64,000 bases of DNA from Patescibacteria group bacterium UBA3531 (GCA_002376885.1 DFOW01000001.1:15381-79380), one strand, 5' to 3'; counted from the first letter of the stretch, positions 54,467-64,000 are shown. A program made the numbers and translations. The notes: generated by a model from the letters alone, not told the origin.

Positions 54467-56224
54467 TTACTCTAAAGTTGCTTTGATTCTTCTTACTCCT
54501 GCACTGCTCGCCTCTTCTTTTTTTATTTTGAAGGTTCCCATGGCGCCAGTACTCTCTACATGAGGACCACCACAAATTTCGTAACTAAAGCGGTCATCTC
54601 CTTCACCTACACTATACACTTTTACCTTGTCTCCATATTTTACCCCGAATTCACCAAGGGCTCCGCTTTCGAACGCAACACCCGTGGACATCTCGGTAAA
54701 CGAGACAGGGAGATCTTTTTTAATGATCTCGTTTATCATGTCTTCTACCTTTTGCTTTTCTTCATCGGTCATTTTTTGTGTATGAGAAAAATCAAACCGC
54801 AAGCGTTCGCTCGTTATGTTTGAACCTCTCTGATGAACATGATCACCTAACACACGACGGAGTGCCTCGTGCAACAAGTGTGTTGCGGTATGGTATGCAA
54901 TTGTTTTTGGATTTGTGTCGGCAAGACCACCTTTAAACTTCCCTTCTGCACCACTCCGAGACTTGTCTTGGTGCTCCCTCATTTCTTTTTTAAATCCTTC
55001 TTCGTCTACCTCAATTCCCTCTTCTTGTGCTAACTCTTGTGTGAGCTCCAGAGGAAATCCATACGTAGTAAAAAGAGTAAATGCTTCTTTGCCAGAGATG
55101 CCATCGCTTCCCATCTTTTCAAACTGTTTTAGTCCTTGATCGAGTGTTTTTTTGAATGCTTCTTGCTCTTTTTGGATTACTTGAATAAACTGCGACGTGT
55201 TTTGCATGTTCTCATATACTGCTTCATATTTGAACACAATGGCCCCAACAATAGCAGCAAGAGATTCTTCTGGAATTTCTTTATTGTCTGTATTAAAAAT
55301 GGCACGTCTTAGGAGTCGCCGTAAAATGTATCCTTGTTCAGTATTACTTGGAACAACACCGTCTGAAATAAGAAGGACGGCTGTGCGCACATGGTCTGCA
55401 ATGATTCTTTGTTTTTTTGTATCGCTTGCAAGACCCTCTACTTCTTTCATAATGCCTGCAAAAAGGTCGGTATCAAAAATGTTGTCTTTGTCTTGCATAA
55501 CCATTGCAAGGCGTTCGAGTCCAGCACCGGTGTCTACATTTTGCTGGGTTAGTTTTCCTGTTACTTTTCCGTCTTTCTTTTCGTACTCCATAAAGACATC
55601 GTTCCATACCTCAACCACGCGACTCTGGTCATCTGCTTTTTTAAATTCTTCTTTATTGGTGATGGGTCCTACTTCTGGGCGAAGGTCATAAAACATTTCA
55701 CTATCAGGACCACACGGGCCATTATCTCCTGGGCTCCACCAGTTGTCTTCTTTCCCTAAGAAATAGATCCGCTCCTCTGGAATACCCAAAGACTTCCAAA
55801 TCTCTGCGCTTTCTTCGTCTTTAGGGGCATCTTCGTCTCCTTCAAATACTGTTACATACAGCCTGTTTGGATCAAGACCGAGGCCTTCATCTTTGCTCGT
55901 TAAAAACTCATAACTCCAGGTAATGGCGTCTTTTTTAAAGTAGTCCCCTAAAGACCAATTCCCCAGCATTTCAAAAAAGGTATCGTGGGTTGCGTCGCCC
56001 ACTTCTTCAATGTCTTGTGTCCGTACACACTTTTGAACATTTACCAGGCGTTTCCCAGCAGGATGTTCTTGCCCTAAAAGATACGGCACGAGTGGTTGCA
56101 TTCCGGCGGTCGTAAAAAGGACCGAAGGATCGTTTTCAGGAACAAGAGATGCGCTTGGAATTACAGTATGATTTCGAGCCTCAAAAAAAGCTAAAAATCG
56201 CTTTCGTATTTCATCTGAAGTCAT
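54467..56224 (-). CDS. alaS: alanyl-tRNA synthetase, short form (catalytic + editing domains, no C-Ala domain)
   Basis: N-terminus FLAFFEARNHTVIPSASLVP..FTTAGMQP, editing HxxxH (HLLHEALRRVLGDHVHQRGS) and CGGPHV. 585 aa, against about 870 typical. Confidence 0.85.
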   Translation of the reverse strand: MTSDEIRKRFLAFFEARNHTVIPSASLVPENDPSVLFTTAGMQPLVPYLLGQEHPAGKRLVNVQKCVRTQDIEEVGDATHDTFFEMLGNWSLGDYFKKDAITWSYEFLTSKDEGLGLDPNRLYVTVFEGDEDAPKDEESAEIWKSLGIPEERIYFLGKEDNWWSPGDNGPCGPDSEMFYDLRPEVGPITNKEEFKKADDQSRVVEVWNDVFMEYEKKDGKVTGKLTQQNVDTGAGLERLAMVMQDKDNIFDTDLFAGIMKEVEGLASDTKKQRIIADHVRTAVLLISDGVVPSNTEQGYILRRLLRRAIFNTDNKEIPEESLAAIVGAIVFKYEAVYENMQNTSQFIQVIQKEQEAFKKTLDQGLKQFEKMGSDGISGKEAFTLFTTYGFPLELTQELAQEEGIEVDEEGFKKEMREHQDKSRSGAEGKFKGGLADTNPKTIAYHTATHLLHEALRRVLGDHVHQRGSNITSERLRFDFSHTQKMTDEEKQKVEDMINEIIKKDLPVSFTEMSTGVAFESGALGEFGVKYGDKVKVYSVGEGDDRFSYEICGGPHVESTGAMGTFKIKKEEASSAGVRRIKATLE

Positions 56225-56269
56225 TATTCAATAGATTAAACTGAATTTAGCTAAAAAGAAAGCGCCGCG

Positions 56270-56479
56270 TCATTCGACACGGCGGTCCCCTTCTTCTCCC
56301 AGGTCCTCGAGGATCGCAGTGTCTGCGTCCTGATTCCCTCGATTGATGGTGACGTAGAGCACCGCCGTGAGAATCACGGTAACGCCAAGAGCCACCAGAA
56401 ACGAAAGGAGAAGCTTCTTCGTGACGAGGCCCACGAGGGAAAACAAGACCACGAAGAGTGCGATTGCTAAACGCTCCAT
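56270..56479 (-). CDS. small 2-TM membrane protein encoded by a GC-rich islet
   Basis: Preferred start MERLAIALFVV after SD AGAGGGGG. About 55% GC against the AT-rich flanks. Confidence 0.35.
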   Translation of the reverse strand: MERLAIALFVVLFSLVGLVTKKLLLSFLVALGVTVILTAVLYVTINRGNQDADTAILEDLGEEGDRRVE

Positions 56480-56529
56480 GTACACCCCCTCTGTCTCGGA
56501 GAATACCTTACTTATGTTGCATCGTAAAG

Positions 56530-57603
56530 CTACCCAATTACTCCTCCACCTAAACACTCTTTACCTTTATAGAGCACTAACGACTGCCCACGAGCAATCC
56601 CTGTTTGAGGTTTTTTAAATTGTACGTAATATTTGCTTCCCTTCTTTTTAAGAATGCCTTTTACGAACTTCTGTCTGTACCGGCTTCTAGCAGAATATTC
56701 TTCATTTAAAGCAGGCGTCTTTCCTTCGGTCCAATTAGTGTCACCAAGAGAAACTTCTTTTACAGCACTCTCTTCTATATCTTTCTTCTCTGCAACAATG
56801 AGTTCATTCTTTTTTATATTTTTATCGACAATATAGTAGGGAGTATCATTTGGAGTTTTTTTGGTTACCGTAAAACCGTGTCGTTCACCGATTGTATAGA
56901 ACACTGCACCTTCATGCCAACCAATAACTTCTTTTTTAAGATTAAGAACATTCCCCTTCTTTGTTTTTATGTATCGTTTAAGGAATTTTTTAAAATTAAT
57001 TTTTCCTACAAAACAAAGTCCTTGGCTATCTTTTTTACGAGCTGTTACAAGTCCGCGCTTTTCTGCCTCACGTCTTACTGCACTTTTCTCTAAATGACCG
57101 ATAGGAAAAAGAGTGTGCTTAAGATGTTTTTGTTGTAGGTTCCATAAAAAGTACGTTTGATCTTTATTGTCGTCTTTGCCTTGATACAGACAGTACATGC
57201 CACCCTTTTCCTTCACTTGCGCATAATGCCCTGTTGCAACATAATCTGCCCCTTCTTTACGTGCCCACTTGAAAAATGCTCCAAACTTAATAGTTTTATT
57301 ACACATAACATCAGGGTTGGGAGTTTTACCTTTTTTGTATTCACTCAAAAGATAATCAATAACTTCTTTTTTATATTCTTTAGAGAGATTAATGGTTTTA
57401 AATGGAATATTTAAATGGGTTGCCACACGAAGCGCATCGAGTCTGTCTTCCTTCCATGGACACTCGAGGAACGGCGGATGCCAGGTTTTTATAAATACCC
57501 CAACCACATTAAAACTAGCCTCTTTTAAAAGGCTTGCCGAAAGTGAGCTGTCTACGCCACCAGACATGGCAACGTATACCGTTTTTGTCTCTTTTTTTGT
57601 CAC
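56530..57603 (-). CDS. mnmA: tRNA-specific 2-thiouridylase MnmA
   Basis: PP-loop VYVAMSGGVDSSLSASLL and the catalytic Cys region. 357 aa. Confidence 0.85.
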   Translation of the reverse strand: MTKKETKTVYVAMSGGVDSSLSASLLKEASFNVVGVFIKTWHPPFLECPWKEDRLDALRVATHLNIPFKTINLSKEYKKEVIDYLLSEYKKGKTPNPDVMCNKTIKFGAFFKWARKEGADYVATGHYAQVKEKGGMYCLYQGKDDNKDQTYFLWNLQQKHLKHTLFPIGHLEKSAVRREAEKRGLVTARKKDSQGLCFVGKINFKKFLKRYIKTKKGNVLNLKKEVIGWHEGAVFYTIGERHGFTVTKKTPNDTPYYIVDKNIKKNELIVAEKKDIEESAVKEVSLGDTNWTEGKTPALNEEYSARSRYRQKFVKGILKKKGSKYYVQFKKPQTGIARGQSLVLYKGKECLGGGVIG

Positions 57604-57612
57604 GAGCCTACT

Positions 57613-58164
57613 TTATAGGGCGGCGATCTTTTTGTAAACCTCAAAGGTTGCTCGAGCATCAGAGAGTGCTGTATGAGCATTTTCGTTTACTACACCAAAG
57701 TGTTCACACAAACTCCTCATGGTGAATTTTTGAATAGAGTCATCGTCTTTAAGAGCTCCGAATGCAATAGAGGCAAGATCCCATTTATGGTAGTTCATCT
57801 CTTCTTTCATTCCATGTTCATGGAGAGCTTTTGCAATAAAGGCCCAGTCAAAGGATACATTTTGAGCAACAATAATGGCATCCTTTGTTTTTTCTGCTAG
57901 TGTCTTGATTGCGTCTTCTGGTTCAGTTGCAAAAAGCCATTCTGACTCTGAATATTTATTAACTCTCAGTGCCCCCGGTTCTGCGTCTTCAATTCGCTTT
58001 GGTTTTACTTTAATATCAAACTCTTCTATCTTTTCTACTTGAGGCTTTCCATCAGGGCCCGGTTCTTGTCGTGCAACAACACATCCGATTTCAATAATTT
58101 CGTGTTTTTGTGGGTTGGTTCCGGTTGTCTCCAAATCTAAAAAGACTAGTTTTGCTTTCTTCAT
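57613..58164 (-). CDS. DnaQ-like 3'-5' exonuclease (DEDDh)
   Basis: Exo I motif LVFLDLETTG and Exo III H...D near the C-terminus (HTALSDARAT). Confidence 0.75.
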   Translation of the reverse strand: MKKAKLVFLDLETTGTNPQKHEIIEIGCVVARQEPGPDGKPQVEKIEEFDIKVKPKRIEDAEPGALRVNKYSESEWLFATEPEDAIKTLAEKTKDAIIVAQNVSFDWAFIAKALHEHGMKEEMNYHKWDLASIAFGALKDDDSIQKFTMRSLCEHFGVVNENAHTALSDARATFEVYKKIAAL

Positions 58165-58177
58165 TATTTTTAATTAG

Positions 58178-59134
58178 TTAGCGCAAATATTTTGCTTTAT
58201 TTGCTTTGTGGGTTTCAAAATCTTCTGCGTAATGAGTGACTCCGCTATTGTCTGAAAGGTAAAATAAGTACGGAGTTTCCTCATAATATATCGCAGCCTC
58301 AATTGAATCAAGCCCTGGGTTACTTATTGGGCCGATAGGAAGCCCTGCATATTTATATGTATTGTAAGGAGAATCAACTTCTAAATCATCGAGGGTAATA
58401 TCAAGACCATTAATATCTAAAATATAAGTAAAGACAGCATCTACTTGGAGTGGCATTCCAATTTCTAAACGCTTCCATAAAATTCCCGCGATCTTCTTTT
58501 TTGTTTCAAGTTGTCTTGCTTCTTCTTCAAGAAGTGATGCCATGATGATTACATCATTCCAATCAATTCCTTTTTCTTCTGCCGCTAATTGTAAATCTTT
58601 TGTTTTTTGTTTAAACGTTGTATTGAGTATTTCAATTACTTCGCTTGTTTGTTGTGTTGGAAGGACATAGTAAGTGTCTGGGAAAAGATACCCTTCAAGC
58701 GCTTGTGCTTCTTCTAAAAAGAGTTCTTTGTCAAATTCAGGGAGTGCATTTGCCAATACTCCTGCAACCTCTCTATTGTGTTGACCTTCAAAAATAGTTA
58801 CGCGTATTGGGTCGATTCCAAACGATCCGCGTGTTGTTCTCCATACCACCGTAAAAAGATTGTCTCTGTTAGGGAAAAAGTATGTCCCCCACAATACTCC
58901 AGAGTCCCCCGGCATAAGCACTGCAAACACTTTAAAAAGGAACTGATTTTTTATAACTCCTTCATCATCAAGTATTTTTGCCGCTTCAGAGAGCGTTGCA
59001 CCCTCTGGGACAATAACTACATCGTTTGTTGGAAAACTAAATGGTGCCGCCAAAAAAATTATATACACAAGAAAAACTCCGACAAAAAAGGACTTCAAAA
59101 AGGTTTTGTTGTAAAAAATAGCAGGTAATTTCAT
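58178..59134 (-). CDS. mltG: endolytic murein transglycosylase MltG (YceG-like)
   Basis: N-terminal TM helix. YceG-like domain with a conserved catalytic Glu region (...ASLLEEEARQLETKKKIAGILWKRLEIGMPLQVDA...). Confidence 0.7.
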   Translation of the reverse strand: MKLPAIFYNKTFLKSFFVGVFLVYIIFLAAPFSFPTNDVVIVPEGATLSEAAKILDDEGVIKNQFLFKVFAVLMPGDSGVLWGTYFFPNRDNLFTVVWRTTRGSFGIDPIRVTIFEGQHNREVAGVLANALPEFDKELFLEEAQALEGYLFPDTYYVLPTQQTSEVIEILNTTFKQKTKDLQLAAEEKGIDWNDVIIMASLLEEEARQLETKKKIAGILWKRLEIGMPLQVDAVFTYILDINGLDITLDDLEVDSPYNTYKYAGLPIGPISNPGLDSIEAAIYYEETPYLFYLSDNSGVTHYAEDFETHKANKAKYLR

Positions 59135-60372
59135 TATCGTGGCAAATCTCGCGGTGGTTCTCCGGTTCGTGATGGCAACCGGTGAACCGTAGGGGTGGTT
59201 ACTACCTGTCCTGGCAAATGATAAATAGTTGCAAGTTCTTCGGTGCTCAAAACAATTGGTGTGCGTTCGTAAGGAGGATGGAAGAATGATCGTTTTTTGT
59301 ATGCATTAAAAATAATTCTTTTTCGTTTTGCGAGTCGCACCCCCATAAAATCTTCCCATGGATAGTCAAAGTCAGTTAAGTATTTACCGTTTGGTTTAAA
59401 GCCGTTCATGTCTTCTGAATTATATTGCTTAACCGCCATAATAATACCAGGCTTATTGTAGTGGTTCACCGCATCTTTTTTGTGTAAATAAATGCCACGC
59501 AAGCCGACGTCAAATGCTAGTTTTGAAAGACTTCTCTGGAGGCTTTTAATGACACGCTCTTCCCCAGGAGAAAGAAGTTTTGTATCGTACACAATTGTTT
59601 GCCCCGGTTTTGCTTCTGGCTTGCGTAATTTTTTAACAAGTTCTTCTCCCTCTTTTTTCCAATCACGTCCCTTGTTCCACCATGTTTTTCCATATTTCTT
59701 CTCTGAGGCACGAACTAGTATTTGAAACCATAACTGTTCTCCTTTCCCAATTGATCCAAAAAATTCAATAAAGGGAGTGAGGGGGTCCACTTTTTCTATC
59801 TCTTCTTTTGATCCCTTTTTATCGAGCTCATAATCAATATACGTTCTAATTGGATAGGCGTCTGCTTCTGTATGTTTAAATTCTGTTCCCCACACATCCC
59901 AGTCTGATCCATCTTCTCCAAAATTAACTCCGTGAGTATAGTCATCAACTTCTTGAATCTCGATATTTGGATATTGAGAATAAAAGTGTGATTGAATTAG
60001 TTTTGAATGAAATTTTTGTGTGTATACAAAAAAGTGCACAGAGCCCTCTATTGAAACAATTTCAAGTGAGAACCATGCACGAACTTTTCCATTCCACCAC
60101 TGGTCTACCCATGACCCTTTTGAGGTTTGATGCAAAATGGTAAGAGCAAGCTCCATTGCTTGTGGAGACTTTTCAATCTCTTGGGGAAGTTTAATTTCAA
60201 GAAGCACCCACTCCATCTCATGAATAAAGTGTGCGACTACATAGTTTTTCCACACAACCATAAAAACTCCAAACGCCGCAATAGGAATTAAGTACGGTGC
60301 AAAAAGTACAAGTATGTCGTATGTGTCTCCAAAAATTGCAATGATTTCTGGAGGAACAAAATCAAAAAGCAT
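59134..60372 (-). CDS. hypothetical protein with N-terminal TM helix
   Basis: 412 aa, no motif recognised. Overlaps the mltG start. Confidence 0.3.
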   Translation of the reverse strand: MLFDFVPPEIIAIFGDTYDILVLFAPYLIPIAAFGVFMVVWKNYVVAHFIHEMEWVLLEIKLPQEIEKSPQAMELALTILHQTSKGSWVDQWWNGKVRAWFSLEIVSIEGSVHFFVYTQKFHSKLIQSHFYSQYPNIEIQEVDDYTHGVNFGEDGSDWDVWGTEFKHTEADAYPIRTYIDYELDKKGSKEEIEKVDPLTPFIEFFGSIGKGEQLWFQILVRASEKKYGKTWWNKGRDWKKEGEELVKKLRKPEAKPGQTIVYDTKLLSPGEERVIKSLQRSLSKLAFDVGLRGIYLHKKDAVNHYNKPGIIMAVKQYNSEDMNGFKPNGKYLTDFDYPWEDFMGVRLAKRKRIIFNAYKKRSFFHPPYERTPIVLSTEELATIYHLPGQVVTTPTVHRLPSRTGEPPRDLPR

Positions 60373-60386
60373 GTGCTTATTATACC

Positions 60387-61427
60387 CTAGACAGGCTTGT
60401 AGCGACCACTCTTGTCCTTCTTAAAGTACTTACTGTTTTGTAAGTTAACAAGAATAGTGTTTTCTTTTACGTGTCGTTCTTTAAGAACCTTATCTACAAT
60501 GTCTTCTTTTTTAAGCGGTCCTTCTTCGTTCAAAATATCTTTAATAACATCACGTACCACACCGCGTTCATACCCCCATTCTCGCAAGGCATAGAGTCCT
60601 CGTCCCACCAAAACAAAACGCTTATCTTTAATGAGTTCGTTGTGGACTGTTGCTTGGTGTGCCTTTTTACCAAATCGTTCAGTGATTGAGCTTGCAACTT
60701 CAGTAAAGTGCATTGGCGAACCATGGTCACGAATCACCAAGTACGCTAAGTCGCGAACCCCTCGCGCTTTTACATTTGGTGAGTGTGATACTCCCCATTC
60801 TCCCAATGGATTTTGACCAATAAACTTAGCGAGAGTAAGCCATCGCTTTGCAATTTCCTCATCGCGAAGATCTTTCATCTCTTTACGCAAGTGTGTCATG
60901 AACTTACTTACAATATCAGTGCCAGACACAAGATCATCGTCTGAGAGCTCTTTGTAAAGATTTTTAAGTCCTTTGTGTACCTTTTCTGCTAGATCTTCAT
61001 CAACAGTCCAACGATGGAAAAAGTCATCGTCTTCGCGGAGTTTTTCAAAATAATCTCCAAGAACAAGCAAGAAGTGCACATGATTTTGGAAACCTTGATC
61101 TTCTGAAAGATGGTCTAAATAACTACTTTCTTTTACCACCTTCCCATAATCATCCATTGAATCACGAAGTTCTTCAAAAAAGGGTTCTGCCTTAACGAAT
61201 TCGTCTGAACGACGAATGGTTGAGAGGGAAAAGTTTTCAATCTGACGAACTCGCTCTCGAGTAATACCATACTCTTTTCCGATTGCTTCAAGCGTTTGCC
61301 TTTCCGTTTCAGCCCCCAAGCCATAGCGCTTTTTCATGATGTCTTGTGCGCGCTCAGAAAGCGTCCCCAAAAGTTCTTTGGTAACTGCCTTTGGTTTGAA
61401 TGATAGAATTACACTACTTTTTGGCAT
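60387..61427 (-). CDS. sigma-70 region 4 domain protein with C-terminal HTH-like domain
   Basis: N-terminus RAQDIMKKRYGLGAETERQTLEAIGKEYGITRERVRQIE is a textbook sigma-70 region 4.2. No regions 2 or 3. C-terminal about 120 aa are HARE-HTH-like. Confidence 0.55.
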   Translation of the reverse strand: MPKSSVILSFKPKAVTKELLGTLSERAQDIMKKRYGLGAETERQTLEAIGKEYGITRERVRQIENFSLSTIRRSDEFVKAEPFFEELRDSMDDYGKVVKESSYLDHLSEDQGFQNHVHFLLVLGDYFEKLREDDDFFHRWTVDEDLAEKVHKGLKNLYKELSDDDLVSGTDIVSKFMTHLRKEMKDLRDEEIAKRWLTLAKFIGQNPLGEWGVSHSPNVKARGVRDLAYLVIRDHGSPMHFTEVASSITERFGKKAHQATVHNELIKDKRFVLVGRGLYALREWGYERGVVRDVIKDILNEEGPLKKEDIVDKVLKERHVKENTILVNLQNSKYFKKDKSGRYKPV

Positions 61428-61526
61428 ATTTGTACACTATTTTTAGCATTATTTATATCTCTCGTCAACCCTGTCAAATAATTTTGGGGACAAAATTAGC
61501 TTCGCTATTTGACAGGGTCAAGCCTA

Positions 61527-63965
61527 TCACACCACAATGTTGATAATCTTCCCTTCCACATAGATCACCTTTTTAATCTCCTTTCCGTCTGTCCATTTTT
61601 TAATAACAGGAAGAGCAAGTGCTTCTTCTTTAACATCTTCTTCTTTTGTGTCCGTTTTGACCGTAAGTGTCTCTCTTACCTTCCCATTTACCTGGACAGC
61701 GAGCGCATATGATTCCTCTTGTAAGTGCTTTTCGTCTGCAACCGGCCAGGCACTTGTGTGCACAGAACCTTCTCCTCCTACTATTTCCCACAATTCCTCT
61801 GCCATATGTGGTGCAAAAGGAGCAAGAACTTGAACAAATAATTTTTTATCTTCTTTTGTCGCTCCTGTTTTTTTAAAGGTATTTACACAAATCATCATTT
61901 GAGACACAGCAGTATTAAAATCCATATTCTCAATATCGTCGCTCACTTTTTTGATAGTTTTATGAAGGGTAGCCTTATATTCATCAGTTTCTTTGTCTTC
62001 TGCTACAACTACACCCCAGGCGCGTTCTAAAAACTTCCGAGCACCAAGAATATCTTGAGTGCTCCATGCAATAGCTTGGTCAAATGGCCCCATAAACATT
62101 TCATATACCCGCAAAGTGTCTGCCCCGTATTGTGTAACCACATCATCCGGGTTAACAACATTTCCTTTTGATTTAGACATTTTTACCCCGCCTTCTGCCA
62201 AAATAAGTCCATGAGCTGTACGTTTTTTATAGGGCTCTTCAGTTGGCACTGCCCCAATGTCATATAAAAACTGGTTCCAAAAGCGCGAGTAAAGAAGATG
62301 GAGTGTTGTGTGTTCCATTCCTCCGTTATACCAATCTACTGGCATCCACTGTTTTAATAACTCTTTGCTTGCAAGCTCAGTATCATTTTTTGGATCAATG
62401 TAGCGCAAAAAGTACCATGAAGACCCTGCCCAGTTTGGCATTACGTCAGTCTCTCTTTTTGCGGGACCCTTACATTCTGGACACTCTACATTCACCCATT
62501 CTTCAATGTTTGCCAGTGGTGATTCTCCATCGTCTGTTGGTTCATATTTTTCCACATCAGGAAGCTCAAGCGGGAGCTCATTTTCTGGTACAGGAACCAT
62601 TCCGCACTTGTTGCAGTAAATAATAGGAATAGGTTCTCCCCAATACCTTTGCCGAGAGAATACCCAATCACGAAGTTTATACGTTGTTTTTAACTCCCCT
62701 CCTGCTTTTTTAGTAATTTTTTCTTTGGCTTCTCCGTTTGAAATACCATTGAATTCTCCTGAATTTGTAAGGTTTCCTTCTCCAGTCCAACATTCAACTT
62801 TTATTTTATTATCTAGGTGCCCAAATGCTGGGGCCCCTGGTACAGGATCTGGAATTGGTTGGGGTGGCTCAATAACAGAAACAATAGGAAGATTGAACTT
62901 TTTAGCAAATTCATAATCACGCTCGTCGTGTCCCGGTACCGCCATAATGGCTCCTGTCCCATATTCATAGAGGACATAATCGGCAACCCAAATAGGAATC
63001 TCTTCTCTGTTTACAGGATTAACGGCCTTCAAACCTTTTAACTCAACGCCAGTTTTTTCTTTTGTTTCATCAGTTCTATCTTGTTCGGTCTTTTTGGATG
63101 CTTCTTTTATATAAGTAGAAACCTCATCAAAATTCTCTAACGTGGTATGGAGTTCTCCTATTAGTGGATGTTCTGGGGCAAGTACTACATAGGTTGCTCC
63201 ATATAAAGTATCTGGTCGTGTTGTAAATACCTTTATTTCTTTATCGGTATCTTTGATTTTAAACGAAAGCTCTGCTCCTTCGCTTTTTCCAATCCAATTT
63301 CTTTGCTGAATTTTTATTGGCTCAAGATAATCAAGATTATCCAAATTATTTAAAAGTCGTTCGGCATGCGCGGTAATCTTTAACATCCATTGTTCTTTGT
63401 CTCGTTTTTCTGTTTCTCCCCCACAACGCTCGCACCTGCCTTCAATCACCTCTTCATTGGCAAGTCCAATCTTGCACGACAAACACCAGTTAATAGGCAT
63501 CTTTGCTTTATATGCCAAGTCTTTTTTAAAAAGCTGTAAAAAGATCCACTGTGTCCATTTGTAATATGACGGATCGGTAGTATTTATTTCCCTATCCCAA
63601 TCAAATGACACTCCTATAGACTGGACTTGCCTTCTATAATTATCAGTATTTTTTTTAGTAACTTCTTTAGGGTGAACTCCTGTTTTTATAGCAAAATTCT
63701 CAGTCGGTAATCCAAAGGCATCCCACCCAAAAGGGTACAGAACATTAAAGCCTTCCATCCTCCTTTTACGAGAAATAATATCAAGTGCCACATACGGCCT
63801 TACATGACCCGTATGGAGTCCGTCTCCTGAAGGATAAGGAAACTCTACAAGAGCATAATATTTTTCTTTTTTAGATGAGTCGCTCGCAGAATAGGTTTTA
63901 TCCTCAAGCCACTTCTTTTGCCACTTCTTTTCTATTTTTGTATGGTCGTATGATTTCTGTGACAT
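61527..63965 (-). CDS. leuS: leucyl-tRNA synthetase
   Basis: HIGH region (FPYPSGDGLHTGHV), KMSKS (VKMSKSKGN), CP1 editing domain. 812 aa. Confidence 0.95.
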   Translation of the reverse strand: MSQKSYDHTKIEKKWQKKWLEDKTYSASDSSKKEKYYALVEFPYPSGDGLHTGHVRPYVALDIISRKRRMEGFNVLYPFGWDAFGLPTENFAIKTGVHPKEVTKKNTDNYRRQVQSIGVSFDWDREINTTDPSYYKWTQWIFLQLFKKDLAYKAKMPINWCLSCKIGLANEEVIEGRCERCGGETEKRDKEQWMLKITAHAERLLNNLDNLDYLEPIKIQQRNWIGKSEGAELSFKIKDTDKEIKVFTTRPDTLYGATYVVLAPEHPLIGELHTTLENFDEVSTYIKEASKKTEQDRTDETKEKTGVELKGLKAVNPVNREEIPIWVADYVLYEYGTGAIMAVPGHDERDYEFAKKFNLPIVSVIEPPQPIPDPVPGAPAFGHLDNKIKVECWTGEGNLTNSGEFNGISNGEAKEKITKKAGGELKTTYKLRDWVFSRQRYWGEPIPIIYCNKCGMVPVPENELPLELPDVEKYEPTDDGESPLANIEEWVNVECPECKGPAKRETDVMPNWAGSSWYFLRYIDPKNDTELASKELLKQWMPVDWYNGGMEHTTLHLLYSRFWNQFLYDIGAVPTEEPYKKRTAHGLILAEGGVKMSKSKGNVVNPDDVVTQYGADTLRVYEMFMGPFDQAIAWSTQDILGARKFLERAWGVVVAEDKETDEYKATLHKTIKKVSDDIENMDFNTAVSQMMICVNTFKKTGATKEDKKLFVQVLAPFAPHMAEELWEIVGGEGSVHTSAWPVADEKHLQEESYALAVQVNGKVRETLTVKTDTKEEDVKEEALALPVIKKWTDGKEIKKVIYVEGKIINIVV

Positions 63966-64000
63966 AATGTCGCAAAATTATACCACACTTTTTAGTTCTT

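Noticed and set aside
1-64000. Alternative genetic code (UGA or UAG reassignment) as an explanation for the in-frame TAG at 15290
   Set aside because: Long housekeeping genes (leuS, dnaK, alaS, gltX) terminate at TAA, TAG or TGA with expected lengths and no internal stops. The window is consistent with standard code 11.
1-64000. CRISPR arrays, tRNA, rRNA, tmRNA, RNase P, SRP RNA
   Set aside because: No regularly spaced direct repeats, no tRNA-like T-arm/acceptor signatures (GGTTCGAATCC-type) and no rRNA-scale non-coding gaps were seen. The longest intergenic stretches are explained by promoters, leaders and terminators.

Overview
This is a 64-kb, AT-rich (about 35-40% GC), gene-dense and almost entirely coding window. 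Nearly all genes are on the minus strand. Its content resembles a reduced-genome bacterium (CPR/Patescibacteria-like). Evidence for that: short forms of AspRS (no GAD insertion) and AlaRS (no C-terminal domain), a 120-aa L13, a sigma-70 region-4-only protein, and many small membrane proteins.

Housekeeping content:
- a dcw-like cell-wall cluster (M23 peptidase, gltX, murG, ftsW, mraY, D,D-carboxypeptidase) followed by scpB-scpA;
- aspS and a trpS;
- grpE-dnaK-(HExxH protein)-dnaJ;
- a ribosomal/RNAP cluster: rpsI-rplM-rplQ-rpoA-rpsD-rpsK-rpsM-rpmJ-infA;
- alaS, mnmA, a DnaQ-like exonuclease, mltG and leuS.

Accessory content is concentrated in several sharply GC-rich (about 55-65% GC) islands embedded in the AT-rich backbone: 9.86-11.2 kb, 13.3-15.4 kb, 32.39-32.84 kb, 34.37-38.6 kb, 39.46-42.86 kb and 56.26-56.53 kb.

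Most notable findings:
1. A canonical T-box riboswitch (promoter, T-box sequence GGUGGUACCGCGG, mutually exclusive antiterminator and terminator) upstream of a truncated GCS2/YbdK-like carboxylate-amine ligase rather than an aaRS or biosynthesis gene. It sits next to an operon encoding a second, GC-rich TrpRS paralog and a chorismate-mutase::SAM-methyltransferase fusion.
2. A nine-gene minus-strand array of three paralogous 7TM-sensor histidine kinases plus four stand-alone 7TM paralogs, with no response regulator.
3. Two toxin-antitoxin cassettes: a Doc/Fic toxin with a small upstream ORF, flanked by 27-bp direct repeats; and a zeta-like P-loop kinase with an AbrB/MazE-type antitoxin and a perfect 36-bp palindromic operator.
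4. A promoter-leader-intrinsic-terminator attenuator in front of an ABC exporter.
5. A bL27-like mini-gene interrupted by an in-frame TAG.
6. Native-versus-foreign paralog pairs (TrpRS, PlsC).
7. An MMPL/RND exporter paired with a LolA-like periplasmic protein.

No rRNA, tRNA or CRISPR array was detected by eye.
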